DNA of 64,000 bases from assembly GCA_050115495.1 (NCBI GenBank), contig JASFQK010000005.1:64001-128000 (forward strand). The letters are read 5' to 3'. The notes beneath the pieces are model-generated. The model worked only from the letters and a program-made list of their open reading frames with translations, had not been told where the DNA came from and did no database searches. The translations under genes were made by a program, and so were the position numbers. The stretch's first letter is position 1. Each line of letters begins with the position of its first letter. The stretch is from Phycisphaerae bacterium. GTDB lineage: Bacteria; Planctomycetota; Phycisphaerae; UBA1845; Fen-1342. Of the stretch, positions 1-7,744 are shown one piece after another.

Positions 1-150
1 CTGCGTGTCGTGCGCACTCAACGTCGCATCGAAACCCGGGCCAGCGTCCAATCGGAAGCTGCGTATCACCTGGCCCGTCGTACCGCATTGCTGCGCGATT
101 GGACTACCGAAACGCCCACGTTCTCTCGGCCGGCTGAATCTCCCTTCTAA
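1..150 (+). CDS. C-terminal end of a TrbJ-like protein (partial, paralog of the next gene)
   Basis: Frame +1 reads LRVVRTQRRIETRASVQSEAAYHLARRTALLRDWTTETPTFSRPAESPF-stop(148-150), matching ETEAQHQAEAAFHRQRCAWLMRDW...QSPF at the end of 166-882. Confidence 0.75.
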   Translation: MRVVRTQRRIETRASVQSEAAYHLARRTALLRDWTTETPTFSRPAESPF

Positions 151-165
151 GCGAGGAGTAGACTC

Positions 166-882
166 ATGAACCGTACTCTCCGAACGACCGTCATTGCCAC
201 CATGACACTGCTGTTACTGACGCCGCCCTTGCTAGCGGCGGTGATCGTCTTTGACCCGACTAACTTCGGCGTCAACCTGGAACAGGTGGCCCACCACCTC
301 GAAGTGATCTCCCGGCTCGATCGCCAAATCCGCAACCAGGCCCGCATGCTGGAGAACTGGCAGTTCACGCACCTAGGCCAGCTCCTTGCGTCGATGGAGC
401 GAATTCGCGGCACGGTCGAGGGCGTCGCTGCCGTCGATCTTCTCGGCCTGTATCCCATCGACTCCGGTGCATACGCCGATCGTGATGCCAACGCCATGCA
501 GGAACTCCGTCGGCAACGATTGGAGTCACACCGCGCTGCCGTGCTTCAAGCCCGCACCGCCCAGAACCAGGTCGTCGGCGAGATGCCCGGCGCTCAGAGC
601 CGCGTGCGCGACTACCTCGAACACTCGCGCGTCGCCCCCGGACAGACTGCCGTCCTGCAGGCCAGCAACGAGACAATCGCCACTCTCGCCGCGCAATTGC
701 AGGACCTGCAAGCGTTGGAACTCGCCGAGGCCCGTGTCGAACTGGAAACCGAAGCACAGCATCAAGCGGAGGCTGCGTTCCACCGCCAGCGTTGCGCGTG
801 GCTCATGCGTGACTGGTCCGCTGACGACATGTCCACGTCTGCGCCACAGCGCCCAATCCAGTCACCGTTTGGGAATCAATAG
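166..882 (+). CDS. trbJ: P-type conjugative transfer protein TrbJ (VirB5-like)
   Basis: Signal peptide followed by IVFDPTN; GQTAVLQASNE motif; GAGGAG RBS; directly upstream of trbL. Confidence 0.85.
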   Translation: MNRTLRTTVIATMTLLLLTPPLLAAVIVFDPTNFGVNLEQVAHHLEVISRLDRQIRNQARMLENWQFTHLGQLLASMERIRGTVEGVAAVDLLGLYPIDSGAYADRDANAMQELRRQRLESHRAAVLQARTAQNQVVGEMPGAQSRVRDYLEHSRVAPGQTAVLQASNETIATLAAQLQDLQALELAEARVELETEAQHQAEAAFHRQRCAWLMRDWSADDMSTSAPQRPIQSPFGNQ

Positions 883-908
883 GGCACGAGTTCGGACGAG
901 GATTAGCG

Positions 909-1886
909 ATGAGCATCATCAACGAGACATTGCAGCAGTACCTCGACGCGATCAACTCCGGCTTTGGGTTCATCGGCGGCGACGTGCGCTGGCTGTTCAA
1001 CATCCTCGTCTTGCTAAACATCGTTGTGGCTGCGCTCTTCTGGGCGTTCAGTGAGGATCAGATCCTCGTTCCGCTGATTCGCAAAATCCTCTACATCGGC
1101 ATCTTCGCGTGGATCGTAGAGAATTGGGTCGAGCTCACCAACATTCTGGCCCAGACCTTCATGCTCCTGGGCATCAAGGCCGGCGGCGGGCACGTCGATC
1201 ACGATATCCTGCTCAATCCAGGCGACATCGCCGAACGCGGACTCACGACAATTACGCCGATGATCCAGGCCATTCGCGATCTATCGGGGCCGGTAGCCTT
1301 CTTCGAAAACTTCGCCGAAATCCTGCTGCTGACGCTTGCCACTCTAGCGGTCATCGCGGCCTTCTTCCTGATCGCGATTCAGGCAGCCATGGCCATTCTG
1401 ACATTCAAGCTGGGTTCGCTTGCCGCCTTCGTTCTACTCCCGTTCAGCCTCATCACGCATACCGCGTTCATGGCCGAGCGGCCGTTGGGTTGGGTCGTGA
1501 CCGCCGGTGTGCGTCTGATGTTGCTCACGCTGGTCGTTGGTCTTGGCGAGGCGATTTTCGCTCGCCTGGAGATTACCCCCGAGCAACTCACAATTCGCAC
1601 CGCACTGGACATCGCACTCGGGGCCATTGTCCTGATGGTGCTCGCGTTGACCTCTTCACGCCTCGCGAGCGACCTCGCCACCGGCACACCCCGTCTTGGC
1701 GCCCTGGACGCGGGCATTGCGCTCGGCGGCGTTGCAGTCACCGCCACGTATGCGACGCGCAAAGTCCTGGCTGGCGCCGGACACGTCGCATCCGGCGCGC
1801 GCCTCGCCGCTGCCAAGGCCGCTTCGGGGATATCGGGAGCAGCGAAGTCGTTCCGCGCAAACTCAAAGGACAAGAGCGGATCATGA
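909..1886 (+). CDS. trbL: Conjugative transfer protein TrbL (VirB6-like)
   Basis: INSGFGFIGGDV N-terminus, RKILYIGIFAWI, FKLGSLA, AFMAER motifs; multiple TM helices. Confidence 0.92.
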   Translation: MSIINETLQQYLDAINSGFGFIGGDVRWLFNILVLLNIVVAALFWAFSEDQILVPLIRKILYIGIFAWIVENWVELTNILAQTFMLLGIKAGGGHVDHDILLNPGDIAERGLTTITPMIQAIRDLSGPVAFFENFAEILLLTLATLAVIAAFFLIAIQAAMAILTFKLGSLAAFVLLPFSLITHTAFMAERPLGWVVTAGVRLMLLTLVVGLGEAIFARLEITPEQLTIRTALDIALGAIVLMVLALTSSRLASDLATGTPRLGALDAGIALGGVAVTATYATRKVLAGAGHVASGARLAAAKAASGISGAAKSFRANSKDKSGS

Positions 1887-1902
1887 TGGAGGAATCGACC
1901 CA

Positions 1903-2685
1903 ATGAGTTTCCCGAAACAAACCACGACCTATGGACCCCGTCCCGCACATGACACGACCGCGTCGCCGTACGATCGGGCCAAGCACGAATGGGACGAGCG
2001 CATCGGCTCGACTCGCGTGCAGGCCTTCCACTGGCGGCTCATCGCGTTTGTGTCGCTCGTTGGCATGCTCGGACTTGGCGTCACGCTCGCGTTTGTCACC
2101 GTCCGCAAGGACATCAAGACGTACGTTATCGAGATCGACCAACTCGGTAAGCCGGCTCGAATTACACTGGCCGGTGACTGCTACCGTCCCGATGCGGCCC
2201 ATGCCGCCTACTTCATCGGCCAGCTCGTGCGTTTGGTCCGCGCTCGCCCACTCGACCCCGTTGTCGTTCGCGACAACTGGAAATCAGCTTATGGATTCCT
2301 TGCCGGAGACGCCGTTCACACGATGAACGCGTATGCGGTCAGCGATCCACCGCTACGCAGCATCGAGGGACGACCGCTGACACGCACGGTGGCCATCACA
2401 AACGTGCTTCAGAAGAGCGCCGACACCTACCAAGTCCGTTGGCTGGAGACCGAATACGTCGGCGGAGTTCCGCAACGGCCCGAACAACATACGGGCCTTT
2501 TCCAGATCGAAGTCAAACCGCCGCGTACTGAAACAGACGTCTTCCGCAATCCGCTGGGCATGTACGTCGTTTCGTTCAGTTGGAGCCGGGAGTTCACCGA
2601 TGCCGTCGTCAGCGATACCCAACCGGCCTCAGTTCCCCAAGTACCGACCACTCAGGAGTCCGATCATGAAGTACACGAAAACTAG
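1903..2685 (+). CDS. trbF: Conjugative transfer protein TrbF (VirB8-like)
   Basis: SPYDRAKHEWDERIGSTRVQAFHWR, DPVVVRDNWKSAY, NPLGMYV; start moved to ATG 1903 after GGAGG. Confidence 0.93.
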   Translation: MSFPKQTTTYGPRPAHDTTASPYDRAKHEWDERIGSTRVQAFHWRLIAFVSLVGMLGLGVTLAFVTVRKDIKTYVIEIDQLGKPARITLAGDCYRPDAAHAAYFIGQLVRLVRARPLDPVVVRDNWKSAYGFLAGDAVHTMNAYAVSDPPLRSIEGRPLTRTVAITNVLQKSADTYQVRWLETEYVGGVPQRPEQHTGLFQIEVKPPRTETDVFRNPLGMYVVSFSWSREFTDAVVSDTQPASVPQVPTTQESDHEVHEN

Positions 2686-3751
2686 CGGTCTGCTGGTGCT
2701 CATACTGCTGCTTCCTTGCAGCGGCTGTTTTCTGGCACGGCCCACCGACGGATTGGTCGTCTATCGCCGGCCATGGCAAATGATTGATTCCTCGCCCGTT
2801 GCGCGGCCGCCACGCCAACCACCGGATGTTCCGACAGCTTCAGACACATCACAAAACGCTGCCACCGCGACGGGCACTACGAAGCGTCGTGTCATTGGGC
2901 CCAACACTGACCGGCAGGATGTAACCCCCGCCGAAGCCGTGGAAGCCGCTCGTGAAGACGCCACGCAACAGCCGACACCCGAGGGATTCATCGATGCCGT
3001 ACAGGTCTACGACTACGAACCCGGGGCAGTATACGAAGTGCTCACGGCACCCGGATTCGTCACCGTGCTCCGCCTGCGCCCCGGCGAACAAGTGCAGAAT
3101 TTGGCCGCAGGCGATACGAGCCGCTGGCTGATCGATACTGTCGCAGCCGGCGTCGTAGATCCGCAGGCCGTGCTCTCGGACGATCTGTTGATCAAAACCG
3201 ATCGGCAGCCGGACACGAGACTCTCCGTGCTCATCAAACCACGTCGGCCCGCACTACAGACGAATCTCGTCGTCACCACCTCCGAGCGCACGTATCTAAT
3301 CGACCTGAAGAGCGTGGAAACCACTGCGTACCACTCCGTGGTTGAATGGACTTACCCACACGCGCCAACGAACTCGCCGCCCGTTGCCCCCTCGGCTACA
3401 CGCACCTCGGTCGATAGCGACACGCGTAATTACGCCTATCTCATCAAGGTTCCGCACGACCACGTGCCGCGCTGGACACCTGTGTGCGTGTTTGACGACG
3501 GCCACCGCGTGTACGTGCGTTTCCCCGACCACATCAACGACGTCCGCCGCCCGCCACTCTTCATTGTGGACCCGGATGGCGCCGTGCGGCTGGTCAACTA
3601 TCACGTCGAGGACCGCAGCTACGTCGTCCATGAGCTGTTCGACCGCGCCGAGCTGCGCCTTGGTGCCGAACGCGTCATCATTGATCGCGTCAAACCCAAA
3701 CGTCCGAGCTTGCTTGGCGCTGTCGCGGATTTAATCGGTATCGGGGACTAG
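2666..3751 (+). CDS. trbG: Conjugative transfer protein TrbG (VirB9-like), possible lipoprotein
   Basis: AVQVYDYEPGAVY, AAGDTSRW, TNLVVTTSERTY, FDDG, LVNY, LFDRAELRLG; N-terminal CSGC lipobox-like; ATG 2666 after AGGAG. Confidence 0.92.
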   Translation: MKYTKTSGLLVLILLLPCSGCFLARPTDGLVVYRRPWQMIDSSPVARPPRQPPDVPTASDTSQNAATATGTTKRRVIGPNTDRQDVTPAEAVEAAREDATQQPTPEGFIDAVQVYDYEPGAVYEVLTAPGFVTVLRLRPGEQVQNLAAGDTSRWLIDTVAAGVVDPQAVLSDDLLIKTDRQPDTRLSVLIKPRRPALQTNLVVTTSERTYLIDLKSVETTAYHSVVEWTYPHAPTNSPPVAPSATRTSVDSDTRNYAYLIKVPHDHVPRWTPVCVFDDGHRVYVRFPDHINDVRRPPLFIVDPDGAVRLVNYHVEDRSYVVHELFDRAELRLGAERVIIDRVKPKRPSLLGAVADLIGIGD

Positions 3752-3758
3752 GTGAACC

Positions 3759-4955
3759 ATGGACACGAAACCTGATCCGACAACAAGGCGCCCAGTAGAC
3801 GAAGTGCTGCGCGCGTATCCACCTCTTCCACGCGTTCGCCGGCTCAAACCCCGCGCCGTCGCACTCATTCTCGGCGCGCTGGCCCTGCTTTTCTGCGGGC
3901 GGATGACCGTCAAGCTCTTTGATCACCAAGTCGAATCCGACGACCAATTCAGCGGCACTCGGCTGCGTGCGACGGACGACATGCTGCAACGCGGCCCGAT
4001 CGGCCAGCTTCCGACAGACTATTCGTTCATTCCGCCGGAACCGCCGCCACCCGAGCCGGTTGTTGAGCTGCCGGCACACGAAACCGTGGAGGAACCGCCG
4101 GAGTTGAGCGCTGAGCAACGCCGCCGCCTTGAGGCCTTGCGCCAGGAAATGGAAAACGCGCTGGATTCGCCCATCTGCTTCGCCGGCACACGCATTGCAC
4201 AACCAGTCTCACAACAACCAACGATCGGAATGCCGTTTCAACGGGACGAAGCGTTTCCTGACATGGGCGATGTCGCGTCCGATCAGCGTCCGCGCAGTGA
4301 TGCGCACAACCGGGCATTCCTGCGTGAGGTCGCCAACGTTAAGACTCGTGTGGACAGTGCATTGGAGTTGCCATGTTCACCGTATGAGTTGAAAGCTGGC
4401 GCCATCATCCCGGCCGCGCTGGTCACCGCCATAAACAGCGACCTGCCCGGTGATGTAATCGGACAGGTTACTGCGAACGTGTACGACTCGGTCACCGGCC
4501 GCCATCTTCTCGTCCCGCAGGGCACACGCATGATCGGCCGCTACAACAGCGAAGTCCTCAACGGGCAGAACCGCGTGCTCATCGCCTGGCAACGACTCAT
4601 TTTCCCGAACGGTAGCTCGATCATCCTGGAGGCCATGCCCGGAACGGATGCGGCGGGAGTGTCCGGCATGGCCGACCGTGTTGATTATCATGGCGCTCAG
4701 CTTGCCGGCGCCACGCTACTCTCCACGCTCGTCGCGCTCGGCGGTAACTTCGCCGCGGACGTGAACCGCGAACAACAGGAACTCGCCATCGTTGCCAACA
4801 CGGTCGCCGAGCAGGCATCACGCGTGGCACAACGAATCATCGATCGCGAACTCGACATCAAGCCGACGATACTCATCCGCGCCGGACTACCGCTCAACGT
4901 CCTGGTGAATCGCGACCTTGAGCTTGCGCCATACGCACCGCGCGGCTGTCAGTGA
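3759..4955 (+). CDS. trbI: Conjugative transfer protein TrbI (VirB10-like)
   Basis: SPYELKAGAIIPAALVTAINSDLPG, VYDSVTG, PTILIRAG motifs. Confidence 0.95.
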   Translation: MDTKPDPTTRRPVDEVLRAYPPLPRVRRLKPRAVALILGALALLFCGRMTVKLFDHQVESDDQFSGTRLRATDDMLQRGPIGQLPTDYSFIPPEPPPPEPVVELPAHETVEEPPELSAEQRRRLEALRQEMENALDSPICFAGTRIAQPVSQQPTIGMPFQRDEAFPDMGDVASDQRPRSDAHNRAFLREVANVKTRVDSALELPCSPYELKAGAIIPAALVTAINSDLPGDVIGQVTANVYDSVTGRHLLVPQGTRMIGRYNSEVLNGQNRVLIAWQRLIFPNGSSIILEAMPGTDAAGVSGMADRVDYHGAQLAGATLLSTLVALGGNFAADVNREQQELAIVANTVAEQASRVAQRIIDRELDIKPTILIRAGLPLNVLVNRDLELAPYAPRGCQ

Positions 4956-4982
4956 CTCGCAGCCCCAATCGGAGGAAAGGAC

Positions 4983-5285
4983 ATGAAAGCAGACATCGCC
5001 TTACGTCCGTGTCATATCACGGAGACCACACGCTTCACCGTCGAGGCCGACTACGAGTTGACCGAAGCGTTGCACCGTTACCAAGCGTACTATCGCGAGG
5101 CCTACGGTCACGCTGTTACAGAAGCGGACTTGTTGCGCGCCATGGCCAGGCAGTTCATAGCCGACGACAAGGACTTCCAGGGATTCGGCCGCAAGCAGCG
5201 ACGTTCCACTCGGAGACGGTCCACCGCAGGCAAAGGCGATGGCGTCCCGGGCGACAAACTCGCCTTTGAGCAGGCGACGAAGTAG
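4983..5285 (+). CDS. DUF2274-family small protein
   Basis: Position right after trbI; LHRYQAYYREAYG...LLRAMARQFIADDKDF pattern typical of DUF2274. Confidence 0.7.
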   Translation: MKADIALRPCHITETTRFTVEADYELTEALHRYQAYYREAYGHAVTEADLLRAMARQFIADDKDFQGFGRKQRRSTRRRSTAGKGDGVPGDKLAFEQATK

Positions 5286-5294
5286 GAGTCTCTC

Positions 5295-5639
5295 ATGCAC
5301 GACACGTCGAAGAGGCAACACCTATGCCGACCCAGCGCCGAGGGTGACCGTGCTTCGACGGTTGCGGCTTCTGCATCCCCTGGCTGGCACAATCACGCGG
5401 CCAGTCTCTCCGACCTGCCTGATCCGTGCACTTCCGCCCAACTAGCCGCCGTCCTGGGCAAATCCCCAAAGACCGTCGTCGACTGGTGCCAGGAGCGCGA
5501 TTACACTCTGATCCCGTGTTTCCGGCTCGGGAATCGGTGGTACCACCGTGTGCCCGAGTTGGTTCGATGGCTCAATGGGGTCAAGAGTGGTCGCATCGAG
5601 TTTCGCCGCAAACCGCGCATCTCCCGGCCAAGGAGGTGA
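5295..5639 (+). CDS. Excisionase-like helix-turn-helix protein
   Basis: TSAQLAAVLGKSPKTVVDWC...IPCFRLGNRW winged-HTH pattern; directly upstream of the integrase. Confidence 0.75.
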   Translation: MHDTSKRQHLCRPSAEGDRASTVAASASPGWHNHAASLSDLPDPCTSAQLAAVLGKSPKTVVDWCQERDYTLIPCFRLGNRWYHRVPELVRWLNGVKSGRIEFRRKPRISRPRR

Positions 5640-5642
5640 TGC

Positions 5643-6929
5643 ATGGCGAGAAAGGAGGACCGGACAAACCGGTGGATCAAATCGGAACGCGTTGGCGAGG
5701 TCACGCTGTTTCGCACATCGCGGAGTCCGTACTGGCAGATGTACTGGACCGAATCGGTCAGCGGCCAGCATGGTCCCCGCATCAAACAGCAGCAGCGTAG
5801 CACTCGCGAGACGGATATCGGTCTCGCTCGGCAAGTGGCTAGTCGGCAGAGCGAAGCGCTCTACCGGCGAAAGCACTATCCCGAGCGTGAACGAGAGCGG
5901 AAACGGACGCCGCTACGGCCCATCGTCGAGGATTTCGTACAGTACCTTGAGACGCTCGGCCGCAGTCATGGGCATATCAGCAAGCTCAAGGGCCGGCTGC
6001 ACTGCCTGGCAGATTGGTTGGAGAGGCGACAGGTGATCAACGTGCAGGACGTTAGTGCGACACTGCTACGCGACTTTCAGTCGCATCTACGCAGCGTCCG
6101 CAATGTAGGTCCTGCCACAGTAAACCACTACATCGCGGGCATTCACAACTTCTATGGGTACGCAATCTACAAGCGGAAGCTGCTCGATGGCCCGAATCCC
6201 GCGGCCACTGGAAGGCAGGCCGAATTGGATAAGCTGCCCACGCGAAGTGTGCCACCGCCGACCATCTATCCGGACCAAGTGAACGCCGTCATCCAAGTCG
6301 CTCGCAAGCACAACGACACGCAGATCGCCAACCTGATCGCGTTCGTGTGCGAGGGCGGTTTCCGCTTCCAGGAGATGCAGTTCCTTCAGGTCGGCGACAT
6401 CAACGTAGCCGAACGGGAGATCATCCTGGAGGTGAAGCGACCGGACCCGCATCGCGTGCGGGCCGAACTACGCCGGACTTGTTTGACGGAAGATGGCCTG
6501 TGGATCCCCAAGACGCCGGCGGCTCGGCGACCGATTCACATCACGGATCGGCTCGCGCGTGTAATCGGCGCGATGGGACTTGGAGACGCGTCGGACTGGG
6601 TCTTCATGAACCAAGCCGGCAACCAGATCTCCGAGAACAAGACCCTCAGCTTGCTTAAGCGCTACGCACTCGAAGCAAAGGTGCTTGTGGACGCACACCC
6701 GAAGACGGGCAAGCCGTGGTCGCTGCTCAAGTGGCACTGGCTACGGCATTACCACCGCACACGGGCACACGTGAGCCGAATCCGTCGCGAAGTATCGAAG
6801 CTGGCAATGGGCCACGCCGCCGACCCAATCCACGACCATTACCGTGGTCTGGACCGGTACGCGTTCCATGAGGAGTATGAGAAGTTTGACAGTGGGATCG
6901 ACGATGCGCTATTCGCCCGCGAAACCTGA
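5643..6929 (+). CDS. Tyrosine recombinase / integrase
   Basis: Catalytic R (GFRFQE), K (PKT), HxxR (HWLRH), H (MGH), Y (HDHY); SAM-like region ATVNHY. Confidence 0.93.
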   Translation: MARKEDRTNRWIKSERVGEVTLFRTSRSPYWQMYWTESVSGQHGPRIKQQQRSTRETDIGLARQVASRQSEALYRRKHYPERERERKRTPLRPIVEDFVQYLETLGRSHGHISKLKGRLHCLADWLERRQVINVQDVSATLLRDFQSHLRSVRNVGPATVNHYIAGIHNFYGYAIYKRKLLDGPNPAATGRQAELDKLPTRSVPPPTIYPDQVNAVIQVARKHNDTQIANLIAFVCEGGFRFQEMQFLQVGDINVAEREIILEVKRPDPHRVRAELRRTCLTEDGLWIPKTPAARRPIHITDRLARVIGAMGLGDASDWVFMNQAGNQISENKTLSLLKRYALEAKVLVDAHPKTGKPWSLLKWHWLRHYHRTRAHVSRIRREVSKLAMGHAADPIHDHYRGLDRYAFHEEYEKFDSGIDDALFARET

Positions 6930-6933
6930 AAAA

Positions 6934-6989
6934 AGTCCCCAGTTGGCACTGGGGACTGGCGTTTCGGAAGGCCCCGTTTACTGGGGACT
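6934..6989. repeat. Three copies of ACTGGGGACT (one inverted, two direct): putative integrase arm-type sites
   Basis: AGTCCCCAGT 6934-6943, ACTGGGGACT 6948-6957 and 6980-6989, between integrase stop and ssrA. Confidence 0.6.
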
Positions 6990-7046
6990 CATCCGGCGCG
7001 CGATTTTTCAGGAGCGTAAGTCGTTTCTAAAAAACTACTTAGCTAA

Positions 7047-7398
7047 TGGAGGCGGGGGGAATCGAACCCCCGTCCCGGAACATTTCAGCCTGAGCCTCTA
7101 CGTGTGTAGTCGGTCATTTTGTGTCTGAGCCCGCCGCAGACCGGCCAACAGGTCATCGGCGGACCGAGCCCGGCTGTTTCTTATCGCCGCGCCGCCAGAC
7201 GGGGACGCAACGACCAGCCTGCTGTCGCGTCGGTACCCGCTAGCAGGCGTCGCGGGCCGACGGGTTGCCTTAGTTAGGCAGCCAGACGGTAGCCATCATT
7301 GGCATGTAAACAGTTTCGCCAGGTGTTTAACGAGGCCTCCTGACAACCTCGACACGCCACTCAGACCTCAACCTGCCCGGTCGAAGCCAATCGCCCCC
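7047..7398 (-). ncRNA. ssrA: tmRNA (transfer-messenger RNA); tag peptide (A)ANDGYRLAA encoded at 7303-7274
   Basis: 5' GGGGGCGATTGGCTTCGAC; 3' T-arm GGGGGTTCGATTCCCCC and acceptor CGCCTCCA with G3.U wobble; internal ORF GCC AAT GAT GGC TAC CGT CTG GCT GCC TAA; 352 nt. Confidence 0.97.
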
Positions 7399-7470
7399 TG
7401 AGAACAAAGCACAGCCGCCGCTTGTCAAAGATCGCCGGCGAGCCCGCGAGCGAGCGTCGCCGTCCGCTGC

Positions 7471-7476
7471 ATTATA
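7471..7476 (-). promoter_or_regulatory. Candidate sigma-70 -10 box (TATAAT) for ssrA
   Basis: ATTATA on + strand, about 70 nt upstream of the tmRNA 5' end; no clear -35. Confidence 0.45.
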
Positions 7477-7744
7477 GCCGTCCCGCACGGCTTCCGCACG
7501 CCGACCGGCTGAGGCACCGAGCGCAGAACAGCCTGGGACCGATATAAAAATGCTTGGTTCCACGCATACCCGCCTGTTATACTCACGTCGTGAGCGGGAT
7601 CTCTGTTGTGCGGCGTGCCATCGCGCCGATAGAGAAGGAGGCGGATCGTTTTTTCCATCTAGATGAGTTAGCGCCGAGGTCGCATCGTTGTGGCCCTCGG
7701 TCTGGGTGTTTCACGACAGGAGCAGAAAAGGAGGAACGTTGGCT

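Larger units (their letters stand above)
1..7046 (+). mobile_element. Integrative conjugative element (right end; P-type trb T4SS, Tn4371-like gene order) integrated at the tmRNA 3' end
   Basis: trbJ-trbL-trbF-trbG-trbI-DUF2274, then excisionase and tyrosine integrase, ending about 120 bp from the 3' end of ssrA; extends beyond the left edge. Confidence 0.88.

Noticed and set aside
7047..7120. Apparent tRNA gene
   Set aside because: This is the tRNA-like 3' end of tmRNA; the pairing 5' end is 350 nt away with a tag ORF in between
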